DNA of 62,709 nucleotides, filler included, from Thelocarpon superellum (GCA_026025795.1; 3 parts of 3 records of this genome joined end to end with filler, not necessarily neighbours in it); one strand, 5' to 3'; numbered from the whole stretch's first letter, positions 1 through 11,792 are shown. Translations and numbers: made by a program. The notes: a model not told the origin generated them from the sequence alone.

Positions 1-1137
1 TTCCGCTCTGGTCGGCGCTCCCACCACCTCCATTTACCACGGCCTTGCCCTTTCCCTTCAGATCGGTGCTCCCGCCGCTTCCACTTCCACTTCCACTTCC
101 ACTTCCACTTCCACTTCCACTTCCACTTCCACTTCCACTTCCACTTCCACTTCCACTTCCACTTCCACTTCCACTTCCACTCGCCCCGGCCGTGTCACCA
201 CGGCGCATAGCCCGCAACAACTGCAAAAAGCCGGGCAAACAATCCAGATCGCCACTGCATGGCCTATCGAGCATGGCATCTGCTTTTCGCGCCACATCCT
301 GGATATGAGTAAAGAAGTCCATGTAATCACCGTATTGAGGGTTGCTGTGCTGAGAGACGGGAAGGCCTGCCGCAGATGAGTGCCCGGAGTTGTCGTATGG
401 CCCGGGTTTAAGGGGAGGCCCCATATCCGCGAGGCCAAAGTCGAAGTCCAAATCATGTTCATGTCCTGGTGTTGCAACTGGGAGAGGGTTGGCGTCCGGT
501 ATCGCCGCAGGTCCCGTGTCGTTCAGTATCCCATCTATCCCGGGCAGATCCAATTCATTCAGATCGCCGGGCCGAGCTGCCGGGAGCGGGATGGTGCCAT
601 CTGGAGTGGCATTGCCTCGGGTGACGTGAAATGCAAGGAAATTGAGGTCAATCAGCGGCATGGCATCGGTAGAGAAGTCGGAGAGCATCGCATAAGCCTC
701 ATTGCTGGGGTACGCCTGAGAAGCGGCTCCGACAGCGGCGCCACTTCCTTGGCTACTCGACTGCGGACATTGGCAAGCAGCCAAACACGTTTCTCTATGG
801 ATGAAACCGGTGAGCAGCGAGCCACTGTTGTCCCAGATGGGTTTTTGCAGCCCCGGCCAGCAAGCCATACCGGCATAGATGAGGCAATAGCTGGCGACCG
901 ATTCCCCAACGTGTGCCACCGCCACTGCCAGGGCCAGACCACCATCTCCAAAGCCTTGGAGATCCTCAGAGCATTGGGGCGCCTACCAGGGATCGGTCAG
1001 TTCAACATCATCTCTCGTACCATCCGCGGAGATGGAGACAACTGGACTGGACTAACTGAAAATCCCTTTGGCGGAGGATCTTGCCCTTTCACCAGAGCCC
1101 ACGCTAGAGGCGTCGCCCACAATACCCAGGACCTCAT
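1..1137 (-). CDS. Secreted protein with an N-terminal 6-Cys domain and an (SG)n tract; 3' partial
   Basis: Manual translation, absent from the ORF track because no stop lies in the window. ATG 1137, exon 1 MRSWVLWATPLAWALVKGQDPPPKGFS (signal-peptide-like). Intron 983-1056 (GTTAGT...CTGAC...TAG). Exon 2 APQCSEDL...YCLIYAGMACW...TCLAACQCPQ stays open to base 1. Confidence 0.7.
79..180. repeat. (TTCCAC)17 perfect hexamer microsatellite; encodes (SG)n on the minus strand
   Basis: 17 exact units counted directly. Confidence 0.97.
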
Positions 1138-2399
1138 CCTGTGATCATGAGATGGCTCGGCACACGGTCTTGCTATGACCGAGACCGTATCGGGCTCGAA
1201 CGGGTCTCAAAGACACTGCGTCGAGCGGCGAGGTTGCGGCACCATATAAGGGCGGTACGCCGAGGCGCAGACGAGGCCCCGGGCATGGGCATGGACATGG
1301 GCATGGGCATTGAAAAGGAAAGAGGTAGCAGGACGAGCGACGCTGCGGATAAACCTCGATAGGCTCGGAGTGGTGCGTGCGCATGGCAGTGTCGATGAAG
1401 CCTCCTGAACCAGCCGGGGGCGTAGCCAGGCGTGGGCGGGTGGCATTGAAAGCATGGCATGCCCGATCGGGCAGCTTACTGTGTGCACGCGCAAGAAGGC
1501 CGTTGTGCCGGGCGCGCAAGTCGACAGAGGCTGAGGATTTCGTGGGCGGGGAGCTCTCCGCCGAGAATAGGCGCACTTCCCCACATCGTGTGGTCGGGGA
1601 GGAGGGGGGAGGGGAGGTCAGAGTTAATGCCTCGAGGCATGTGCAATGGCAGGACCATCGACGCTGGACCCTGGGCGTGCGCATGTGAACCGAGCGATTG
1701 CTGTTACAGCCAAATGCGTCGCCGTGCCCACGAATCCCAGCACGAGTACGAGTAGTCGCAGGATCGGAGTCAAACGCAACCCAGGCACGATGAGCTCGGC
1801 AGTTGGAATTAAGCTTCGGCCGCCTGGCGCGATGTCATGCGTCGAGCGCAGTTAGCCCGGCGTCGTTGCACACGGAGTGGCAGCGGTCGGAGTAGGGCAT
1901 TCGGTTCCTTGGACTGGCTGCATTGCCTTGTTTCACGTTTCCCGTTTCCCGTTTCCCGTTTCCCGTTTCACGTTTCGCCGGTTCGTAGCACGGCAGTTGG
2001 GACCAATTGGTCGTACGAGGACCATCATAGCTATGCGTGCCTCACCCAAGAGCATGGTACGGGGGATTCTGTGATCTGGAGCACGCACCCTTTGGGGGAA
2101 TCACCCAGCAGACGTTGACCACTCGTTCGACTGGCGAGGTGGCGGAAGAAGAGCCCGCCCGCCGGAACCAATCACGCCCCTGGAAGGCGAAGCGACTTTG
2201 TGCACGCATTAGCGTGAGAGTGGCAGACGACGTGACCATGCCCTCGTGCCAAATACACGTCACCCACTGCCTCCTTCGCGAACCTTACTGAGGTGGTGTT
2301 CTGTTGGCGGATCACTACCGACAATGCCTTGACAAGGGCTCACGCGGCTTCACGCGACCACAGCAGGCGCCGGCTCGATCCTCCGGACGGTACGTGGCG

Positions 2400-3693
2400 T
2401 CACCGGCCGCGCTTCTCCCCCTCGATCTCACGCCGCAGGTCGGCCAGAACGGCCTCGCGGCTCCGCAGGTGGCTCTGCAGCCCGTCGACTTGTTCGCGCA
2501 CGGTGTGGATCTCGTCCCCAGCGTCCTGGAGGCTGGCCCCGACCTTGCTGCGCCCGGTCCCGTCCTCGAGCTCACGCAGCTCGCGGCGCTTGTACTCCAG
2601 CAGCTGCTCGAGCTCGCGCTTGACCAGCGCCGGCTTCGACTCGAGGCGGCGCGAGCCCGACCGACGCGCCGCCGCCGCCGCCGCCGCCGCCTCCACCCGG
2701 TCCATCTTGGCCTCGACCTCGGCCAGCTGCTTCTTCAGTCGCACTTCCTCCCACTCGTCGCCGCTCTTGGCCTGCGAGAAGTCCGTCCCCGCCGGCTGGT
2801 AGGTGCCGCGCCCGCCCACCCCCAACCGGCTCAGGTACGTGTCACCGAACTTGGCTTTCCGGCCCGTGCTGGTCTCCTCGCCGCCCGTCGCCCCCCACCG
2901 TTGTGCGGGCGAGGAGGTCGCGACGCGGTCGACGTGGTAGTCGACCTGCTTGCGCTCGAAGCTCGCCCGGAGCGACGCCGGCACCGTGCGTGGTATCCGG
3001 TAACCCTCGTGCCGGTTGTTGAGGATATGTAGGAAGGCGAGGCAGGCGTCCTTGGACAGCGATGACGACGCCGACGGATTGATCAGGTTCCACGCCGATC
3101 GGATGTCCGTGTCTGGCACGTCCAGCGACGCGTACAGCCCCTCCAGCGACTCAAAGGGCACCTCGCCCCGTCCATCCTTGTTGGCGGCGTAGATCTCCTC
3201 GTACTTGGCCCGGTCGGAGGGACTCATGTACCAGTCAAAGCCATCCTTCAGCCCCGGCCCGTCCGAGTCGTCGTCCACCCGCTCGAACTGCGTCTCGCGC
3301 CCGGTCAGGGCCCGGGTGGCTTGGACCAGGTGTGCCTTGGACTCCGGCACCAGCCAGTCCGGGAGCGTCTTGGGCACCTCCGCGTACTCCTGCAGCCCGG
3401 CGTCAGCATGCATCCACCTCCCGTCGCCCGTCCGGGGCCGACCGCCATACCCCGTTCACCAGGTCGAAGATCAGTCTCATCGCCACGCAGAACTCTTCAA
3501 AGTCTAGATTCCCATCATTGTCCACGTCCGCCAGATCCCACACCCGCTCGAGCTGGTCATCGCGTAGCTGACTGTTCTTGAGCACCGTCGCCGCTTGCGC
3601 GCCACTCAGGTGCGTGCCGCCATTGGCGAGCGACGAGAAGATCTCCCAGTACCGCTCGACCTCCCATTGCTCAATCTTCTTGGTGTTGGACAT
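2400..3693 (-). CDS. END3: EH-domain endocytosis protein End3/SagA
   Basis: [19 protein letters not shown]...[30 protein letters not shown] (EH1/EF-hand), intron 3390-3450, [16 protein letters not shown], second EH domain, C-terminal coiled coil [10 protein letters not shown]. Confidence 0.95.
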
Positions 3694-3971
3694 GATGTGA
3701 TCATCGAACGGCCTCCGAGCATGAAGCCCGGCGGGTGGATCCTGTCCGACGACCTTCGCCTGGAGGACTCTCCGTCCCGGTCCGCCGTGTCGGCGGGTAA
3801 CAGCACGTGGTGTCTGACTAACCTGCGACGAAATCGGCATTCCCCGTCACACCATGGCGCCCAGATTCATCTCGTCTTACTTCTCGATAGTCCCTATGAT
3901 TCTCTAGCCATTCGAATCTCCGGCACAGAAAGGGAGTGCTTCTTCACACCCTGTTCAATCATTGCTGCCGC

Positions 3972-5297
3972 TCACCCTCCGTCCACTTTTCGCCGCCTCC
4001 TTCTACACGGCTGTGGAGCTGGTTGCGAGACGGAGCGTTTGACCGGCGTTGGGGTTGCTACTGCCTGGGGTCGGGTGCTGCGTGACTTGGCCTGACCGTT
4101 AGTGGAGTCTTCCGATTGATCGGGCACTGCTTCTGCCATCTCAACTAACTCGGATGGCGTCACGCCTCCACGACCTGAGCCCGATGCGCGTGCCATCTTG
4201 TCTCGCCGATCCTGGGGCCCGACGTGCGGCTCGGCAGGAGTTTCCGTCGATGGGTGACCGTCTACTTGAACTTCCTGACGATCACTGCTTGCCTCTTGCT
4301 CATCGATCCTCAACAGCGATGGGCCTACATCCTCCCAGTGACCGAGGATGTCGGAGCTGAGGGCCCGCGTCGAGAGAAACCACTGGGCTTGCGCGAGCTC
4401 CATCTTGCTGCAGACGGTCGGGTCGGGCTCGTCGAGGTCATGATACAGACGCTCCTGTACGATCTTCCGGAAGCGTGATTGCGAGATGCTCTTGCCATCC
4501 TTTCCCTCGTCGGTCTGCATCAACATGTAGTGGAGCTGCGACTGCAGAGCTTCGATGTTGAGCTCCTCCCGGTCCTTCCGCCAGCCGTACCGGACGCGGT
4601 GTCCCAACTCTTCCAGCTGCTGTGACTGGTCTAACCCAAGCAGGCGATACGTCGTCGTCAGATCGTTGGCCATGCACAACGTATCCACGATACCGATCCG
4701 AAGCCCTATGCTCAGCATTTCCCAGGTTGGAGCGGATCCCTGTTCACGTCGTGTGTGAGCAACGTGGCCGGCGGTGTTCTCTGTAGGACGGAGACGGACT
4801 TTGATGATGATTTCCGCCTCGTAGTCTCCTTCCTGACTCGATTCCAGCTCCATCTCCAGTCTCTCTTCTGGTGTCTTCCACCACGTGTCTCCAGGCCGCA
4901 TCTCTTCCCAGTGATCTCGCTCTACGCTGACTGGAGCCGAATACACGGGCCGCCAAGCAGCGTGTCTTGAAGCCCGAGCAGCCGCTTGATCTAGATGATG
5001 TCCATCACCCGCATCATCATGACCGGTACCGCGCTCACCCCCCTTATCCACCTCCTTCTCTTTCTCAGGTCGCGGCGCATCCAAGGTCGGAAAGGCTGCA
5101 GGTCTCACGGCGGGATTGAAGGGGACAAAGGGCGGTGGAAAGGCAGCTCTCGCTTCGCGCGGGACCCACGTCTCAGGCGAGCGTGACGCGGCCGACGCCG
5201 ACGCCGACGCCGATGCCGATGCTGATGCTGGCGTCGATCGACCTGCAGCCTCGGGCCGGTACCGCGTCGGCTTGTTGACGTGTTTTCGGAGCTCCAT
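3972..5297 (-). CDS. Hypothetical protein
   Basis: 441-codon ORF starting MELRKHVNKPTRY. Probable in-frame 60-nt intron 4740-4799 (GTCCGT...GCTCAC...CAG). No family recognised; 3' end uncertain. Confidence 0.6.
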   Translation of the reverse strand: MELRKHVNKPTRYRPEAAGRSTPASASASASASASAASRSPETWVPREARAAFPPPFVPFNPAVRPAAFPTLDAPRPEKEKEVDKGGERGTGHDDAGDGHHLDQAAARASRHAAWRPVYSAPVSVERDHWEEMRPGDTWWKTPEERLEMELESSQEGDYEAEIIIKVRLRPTENTAGHVAHTRREQGSAPTWEMLSIGLRIGIVDTLCMANDLTTTYRLLGLDQSQQLEELGHRVRYGWRKDREELNIEALQSQLHYMLMQTDEGKDGKSISQSRFRKIVQERLYHDLDEPDPTVCSKMELAQAQWFLSTRALSSDILGHWEDVGPSLLRIDEQEASSDRQEVQVDGHPSTETPAEPHVGPQDRRDKMARASGSGRGGVTPSELVEMAEAVPDQSEDSTNGQAKSRSTRPQAVATPTPVKRSVSQPAPQPCRRRRRKVDGG

Positions 5298-6097
5298 GTG
5301 GGGCTTCTCGCAGCGGTGGCCTCTAGTGAGGTTGCGTGGAGTGGAGAGAGGGTGGGGGGGGAGAAGAGGCCAAGAGAGCCAAGCACCAAAGACTCAGAGA
5401 GCCAACGGTCCGGACAGGTCGAGCTTCACGACAGGACACGATAGGGTACGTCTTACTTGACGTTGTCCTGGTCCGCCAATGTATGACGAGGTGACGAGTG
5501 AACGAGGCATGCAGAACACTCGGCACCGTGTAAACACAGTCAAAACTACCAAAGGGGAGCTCAAATACTAGCTTCTTGTTCTTGCTCTCGTCTTGTTCTT
5601 CACCACCATGAGCTATGCTTTCACTTTGTCATCCACGGTCGGGTGTGACAGCTCCTTGTCCAGCACTCCATGGATGGTCAGGAGCGGGGACAGCAGCGAC
5701 TGGCAAACTTGCTTGCTCCTGTTTGATCTCTTCGCTCTCTACTCGTTCCTGCAATCACGGGCTCGATGGTGACTGGGAGGGTGTGTGTAAGAAATGGAGT
5801 GACGAGCGTGGACTGGCCGTGACGGCACGAGTTGGCGTCGTCACTCCAGCCCACCGAGGGCAGCTTGCCGTCTTTGTGCCCCCCGCCACACACACACGGA
5901 CGTGACTCCATCCGGAACCTTCTATCTGCTCATCTAGTGTAGATGCCACTAAGCCACGCGCCATGCCCGCAGTATCCTAATTTCAGTAGAATGTAGGGGT
6001 ATCATCGAGAAACATGCATGCTGACGCCGACGCTGACGAGGACGCTGACTTCACCGATGCCAGCGACGAGAAGGCGGGACGGAAGGTGAAAAGAGCA

Positions 6098-6976
6098 TCA
6101 GTCAGCAAGATCCGCAAAGGGCGCCTGTCCTTGTCGACCGCTGAAACGCTCAGCGTCGGCCTCCCCTTGCCGTATGATGAGGTCCACGTCGCTGTCGGCG
6201 ACGTCCAGCTTCCGCTTCGACGGGCGGTCGGGTGTGGTGGGAGCGGGCATGACCTTGCGCCGGGCGTGAAGGATGTCGGCAAAGGTCTCGAGCAGCGTCT
6301 TGAGCGATTCGTCAAACGAGCAGCAGAAGCGTTGGGCCTGAATGATCTGGATCGTCTTGATCAGATCCGTGTCGAACATGGCCATGACGTAGGCTGCCAC
6401 GACGCCCGCGGATCGCTCGTTGCCGGATTCGCAGTAGACGAGCACTTTGCCGGTAGCGGAGGCTTGCCGGCCGTGCACGTCGGACAGATGAGCGTTGATG
6501 AGGGTGATGGCGCGCGGGAAAATGGCAATCAGCTCCGGGTTACTGTCCACGTCGATGGCTTCCGATAGCAGCCCCAGGTCCTGTGCGGTCGTGCGGCCGT
6601 CGAGTAGGTTGGCGTGTGCGGACATGGTGCTCCGCACGGCCAAGAGCATGGTGATGCCCGCTTGTCGGAGGAACTTCCGGTCCCGAGCGGCAATCGCGGG
6701 GCCGAGGAAGAGGAAGGGCAGGATCTGTTGGGCCTCCCGGCGCGATTCATACTTCCAGTCGAGCACGCTCGCGCTGGTCTTGAAGCTGCCGTAGGTGACG
6801 CGGGCGAGGAAACCGAGCTTGGCCCCCTCGCAGCTAGAGCTGGGCGACCGGGGGATCAAATCCCACGCGGCGTCGCCGTCGTCGGTGAATGGCGGCGGCG
6901 GGACCAGGATGCGAGGAGGGGACGGCACTCGGAGACTCCACGCTTGCGCGGGATGGTGGAGATGGTGGGGCGACAT
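6098..6976 (-). CDS. Dual-specificity phosphatase family, STYX-like
   Basis: DWKYESRREAQQILPFLFLGP (STYX-type N-terminal motif), P-loop VLVYCESGNERS, AYVM motif, IQAQRFC. Start codon uncertain. Confidence 0.85.
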   Translation of the reverse strand: MSPHHLHHPAQAWSLRVPSPPRILVPPPPFTDDGDAAWDLIPRSPSSSCEGAKLGFLARVTYGSFKTSASVLDWKYESRREAQQILPFLFLGPAIAARDRKFLRQAGITMLLAVRSTMSAHANLLDGRTTAQDLGLLSEAIDVDSNPELIAIFPRAITLINAHLSDVHGRQASATGKVLVYCESGNERSAGVVAAYVMAMFDTDLIKTIQIIQAQRFCCSFDESLKTLLETFADILHARRKVMPAPTTPDRPSKRKLDVADSDVDLIIRQGEADAERFSGRQGQAPFADLAD

Positions 6977-7313
6977 GAGCGAACGCCAAGGGCGGGGGAG
7001 CCAAGTCGGCCGAACGACTCGCCCGGGCGGACGAGAAAGGGTGTGCGCAGAGCCGACGGAAGTATACTCAAGATCGGACGATGGCGCTCCAGCTGCGTGA
7101 GCGTCATGAGTGCAGTTGGTTCGATGGGTAGAATGATCGCAGTGACCAGGCCACAGAGCTTGGCACGGCCAGCATGGCCAGCATCGGCATCTGTACCTAT
7201 CGAGAGTAGCGATGCTCTACAGCTCGACGAACGGACCCGAGTCATCGATGGCCACGCATCCACGGTCGGCCGCCGCACGCACCTCCGTAACTCATCATGC
7301 ATTGATCGTCATG

Positions 7314-8489
7314 TTATGAGCTGCGCAAGACTCTACTTCTACGCCGGACGTGATCTTGTAATGGCCGGTCCCGCTCTCGATCCTCCAGGTCCACGGTTGG
7401 GGTGGAGCTTCGCGAGGATGCCTGCGAATGGGTGCGTGAGCCGGTCGACTCCCGCACACGCTGCTTGCCCTCGCGGTCCACATGATGGTGGGGGTGGTGG
7501 GGATGGTGGGGGTGGTGATGTGGATGGTAATGGCTTCGCTCTCCTTCTCCTGCCCGCGGCTTGGTCCGCTTCCAATCCTGCCACCCCGTCCACCAGAGCC
7601 AGCCGCCCTCTTTCTTCGCCAGCTCTCGCTGGCGTCGCTGCAGGCGATGACGGATTTCCATCCGTCGCTCATTCTCCTTCTCCCAGTACTCGGTTCGGTA
7701 GAGATCCCAGTTCTCTCGGAAGTCGGGTGAGAAGGGCTTGGGCAGCAAGAGGAGCTTCACGTAGTCTCCACCCGGGGAGAGGTCTTCCTCCACCCACGTG
7801 GCCTCACGATCCTCGCCGCCGTGGCGCGCGCCCGGTCGATCACGTTTCCCGACCGCCGGGGTGTCGGGGACATGGTCGACGTACTGGTACGAGGCCTCGG
7901 GGGGTGGGAAGAGCGAGGAGTAGGGAAAGAGGAAACTCAGGGCCGAGAGCAGCTCCTTCCACCATGGGCCCTTGATGACGACGAGCTTGGAGTTGACGTT
8001 GCGCAAGCCACGATTCGCGATGCCAATCCACCGTCGCGGCCAGCGGATGCCGCGCTCCCACTGCCCCGTACCCCAAACGAGCATGGCGGTGACGACGCCG
8101 GCCATCAGCGCCAGCTTCTCCGCCAGCTCCACCACCCAGTACACCGACCCACCCACGCCTTTGCCATCCTCGCGTGGTTTCAAGAACAGAGCGTAGAAGA
8201 AGTAGGCGATCCAGAGCGCGAGGATGAGGACGAAGAAGGTATGCTGTCGGCGACGAGCCCGGAGCGTCAGGTACTGAGCGCGCAACGAGGCCTCGAGGAT
8301 GAGGAGATTGAGGTAGATCTGGGGCGGCGAGGATGGGAGCGAGGCCATGGCATTGCTGCTCTCCATCTGCGGCCGGCTGCTGCTCTCGGCAGGACCGGAT
8401 GGGGAGGTCAGGCCCTGTGGCGGCGTGGGGAGCTTGGCGCCAGGAGGAGGTGCGCCTTTGACCACCTGGTCCAGCCTGGACTCCGACAT
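7314..8489 (-). CDS. SPO7: Nem1-Spo7 phosphatase regulatory subunit
   Basis: LPSSPPQIYLNLLILEASLRAQY, two TM segments, KLLLLPKPFSPDFRENWDLYRTEYWEKENERR. Confidence 0.92.
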   Translation of the reverse strand: MSESRLDQVVKGAPPPGAKLPTPPQGLTSPSGPAESSSRPQMESSNAMASLPSSPPQIYLNLLILEASLRAQYLTLRARRRQHTFFVLILALWIAYFFYALFLKPREDGKGVGGSVYWVVELAEKLALMAGVVTAMLVWGTGQWERGIRWPRRWIGIANRGLRNVNSKLVVIKGPWWKELLSALSFLFPYSSLFPPPEASYQYVDHVPDTPAVGKRDRPGARHGGEDREATWVEEDLSPGGDYVKLLLLPKPFSPDFRENWDLYRTEYWEKENERRMEIRHRLQRRQRELAKKEGGWLWWTGWQDWKRTKPRAGEGERSHYHPHHHPHHPHHPHHHVDREGKQRVRESTGSRTHSQASSRSSTPTVDLEDRERDRPLQDHVRRRSRVLRSS

Positions 8490-9835
8490 GCTGCTCGGAG
8501 GCTGCCCGGGCCGACGGCTCTTCCCTATCGCTCGTCCGTCTCGGTCCTTGTTCAAATCCCTGCCACGCTGGTAGGCCAGGTCCGAAGGACGACCTACCGT
8601 GTCAGGGCTTCCCCAGTCGGCATGTTGCGAGCAGATTCAGGAGGCCACAATATCCTTAGTGGGCTGGCTGGGGTGTGAAGCTGGCAGCACGGAAGAGTGA
8701 ATGTGTGCCTGGCCGATGAGATCCTGACGTATTTCCTGCGGCCTTGTTGTTACCCGGCCCACCCGCGGAGCGACGGAACGACTCAGTAGCGGATCACGGG
8801 TCGCTTCCTCCTGCCGGCGTCTCAGAGTTTGGTCTTGGACCATACCCTAGGTACGCAGTAACTTAACCTAACCACCGCGTATTTAGAGCAAGTGTCATGC
8901 TATTCCCGGAGGTAACAAAGAGCTCGGCCAACTAGGCATCTCATTCGGAGCATTGAGACGGGGCACTGATAGGATCCACCAACGAATCTCTCAGCATCGT
9001 CGTGTATTTGGGACGCAGGACCATGGAGGATCCAAGTCACAGTCGACAGCACATGGTCTTGTCCCCGTGCGTCGCCGTCGATCCCTGATTGGATTGGTCG
9101 ACGGGCTGTTGAACTGGTCGAAGCCAATTGGACGAGGCAAACGCTGCAGCTCGAATTTCCTACCCCTCAAATCCATGCTGCTATCGAGCTTCCTGATCGT
9201 AGTCGTGGTCGTGGTCGTGGAAGCCGTTGCTCTTTCAGGCCATGACCAGGCTGACAAGTGACGAGGCCTCCCGCGCGTCTCCCAGAGTCAGTGGTAGTGG
9301 ATAGCGTGGTGCGTGGTGCGTGGTGCGTGGTGCGTGGGGCGTAGTGACTCTGGAGCGCTCCGGCTCCGCCTACCAGCCAGAGCGCCGGCGGAGGCACGGA
9401 GACGGGAGAACCGTAACTCCGTCCGCTCGTCCCCGGACTTCCGCTAACGTAGTCAACAGATCCATCCACAGCATCTTGACCGTCGTGTGACGTACCAGAT
9501 CATTGCCTGGCTGGCCCATGTACTTGGTACTGCTACACACCTCGTCGCTACCTCCCTAGCATTCGGAGTGACGGAGACGCCGCGTGTAACGGAATTGCCC
9601 TACGGCTCGAGGCCTCCCAAATAAATAGCAAGTGCATGACCGCCTATCCTACACCATCTCCTATCCTTCCACCCTGTGTCCCCACGCACTCTCGTCCACA
9701 CTGCTGTGGCAGTCCAGGCCCACCCCACGTCTGCTTCCGAGTCCTTCTCGCGCACGACAGGTAGCCTCGGGGACCATCGCGCGACGTGCGCGACCGACGC
9801 GGTTCACCGTCACCTCCGCACCGCGACGCTTCACC

Positions 9836-11509
9836 ATGTCGGCTTCCACGATCACGGAATCGCGTGAGGAGCCCCAGGCCCCCACACAGCAGAGTCCACT
9901 GGCCTCACAGCGTGCCAACGGCCACCTTCCCCCGCCGGGCGCCCCCGCCAAGACGGGACGCTTTGGTTCCTTCTTTCCACTGGGCTACAAAGAGGGATTC
10001 TCGCAGTGGGTACGTGCAACGCCGTGACCCCGCCCTCGCGCACCATGTCTCTGCCCGTCCTCCTTCCTGACCGTTCCATCATAGTGGGCCAATGTCTCGC
10101 CAGCGGCAGCAGAACACGCGGTCATGTCCTACGTGCCCCACCTCCAGCAGCCGCCGACCCATACGCATACGGGCAAGACCATCACCTCACGCTCCACCTC
10201 CACCTCATCGGTCAACAAGGACGCCGTCGATGCCGCGGCTCCCGTCACGACCACCTCCTCGACGGATCCGTACGGCCCGCGCCAGTGGCATTCCAACTTG
10301 GTCCAGCTGAGCGGCCGCAATCGTGCGCTGAATGAGTTTTCGATCGAGCGCGTTGGGGAGCCGGTGGAGGACAACCTGGTCATGCTTCATGGCTACGGCG
10401 CCGGACTCGGTTTCTTTTACAAAAACTTCGAGGGTCTCAGCCGCGTGCCCGGCTGGAAGATCTGGGCCTTGGATATGTTGGGCATGGGCCGAAGCAGCCG
10501 GCCGCCCTTCAAGATTCGCGCGACCGAGAAGGAGAAGAAGATCTCGGAGACGGAAGATTGGTTCATCGACTCGTTGGAGGAGTGGCGCATCCAGAAGAAG
10601 CTGGACACCTTCACCCTGCTCGGACACAGTCTTGGCGGCTACATGGCCGTGGCCTACGCGCTCAAATACCCGGGCCACCTCAACAAGCTCGTTTTGGCCT
10701 CGCCAGTGGGCATCCCCGAGGACCCGTACGCCGTGAATGCGGCCATGCCCGAGCCGGACGAATCCACCATGGCCCGTGAGTTTACGCAAGACCAAGATGC
10801 CACGGTGACCTCGTCCGACGCCGCCAAGGCGGGAGACAACAACAACTTCTTCAACGCCAAGTCGAATGCCAGCAAGGAGGCAAAGGAAGGGCAGACGGGC
10901 GGCGTGCCCGCGCGCAAACCATTGCCCGGATGGTTGACATACCTGTGGGACGCCAACATCTCGCCCTTTAGCATCGTCCGCTGGGGCGGGCCGCTCGGAC
11001 CGCGCTTTGTGTCGGGCTGGACCACGCGACGCTTCTCGCACCTGCCCGCGGAAGAGCGGCAAGTGATGCACACGTACTCGTATTCGCTGTTCCGGCAGCA
11101 CGGCAGCGGCGAATACGCGCTGGCCTACGTCCTGGCGCCCGGCGCTTTCGCCCGGAGCCCGTTGATTCGCCGGATCCAAGGCGTGGGCCGGCAGCCGCTC
11201 ACGGAGCAGCGCAAGGAGAAGGGCATCCCCGTGGTGCTGATGTATGGCGAAAACGACTGGATGGACGTGCACGGCGGCTACGACGCGGAGAAGAAGATCA
11301 AAGCCGAGACGGCCAAGTGTCTCGAGGGCGCGACGGAGGCCGAGAAGAAGGCCGACCAGGGTGACGCCAAGGTGATCATCATCAAGCAGGCCGGGCACCA
11401 CCTCTACCTCGACGGCTGGGAGGAGTTCAACGAGGTCATCCGCGGGGAGATGGAGGATGTCCGACGCCGGCGCCTCGCCATGGCTGCGCACACGAACGGA
11501 CACGCGTGA
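9836..11509 (+). CDS. Alpha/beta hydrolase of the CLD1/ICT1 (ABHD4/5) family
   Basis: Exon 1 9836-10009, intron 10010-10084. Motifs LHGYGAGLGFF, DMLGMGRSSRP, nucleophile elbow GHSLGG and C-terminal HX4D (HHLYLD). Closest in layout to the cardiolipin deacylase Cld1. Confidence 0.9.
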
Positions 11510-11792
11510 AGATTGGGCGAGACGGTGAAGACGACGATGGCCGGCGGCGCCTGTACGAGACGCATGGCGATTCCGCCGCGGCCTGGCTCTGGTGGTGATC
11601 CGTGTCACTGCCGTGGTTTCTGTGGGCCAGAATAGAAGCCTGTGCTTTCTGCGAGCGCTGTTGTTTCGCCCTGGCACCTACACGCCGTTCTCCAAGTAAC
11701 ATCCGCGTAGAGTATGATCAATAGACGAATTTCCCAGAGAAGATGCGGAGAAAAGTAAGGCAGATGGTACATGAAAGATCAGGGGCCGGAGA

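Noticed and set aside
45..477. ORFs with poly-LP and poly-VE tracts
   Set aside because: Alternative frames of the (TTCCAC)17 repeat; the spliced (SG)n frame is better supported.
10205..11677. Long antisense ORFs (490 aa here; also 6614-7975, 11814-12983, 52810-53844, 55042-56013)
   Set aside because: Shadow ORFs produced by GC-rich codon bias opposite recognisable genes.
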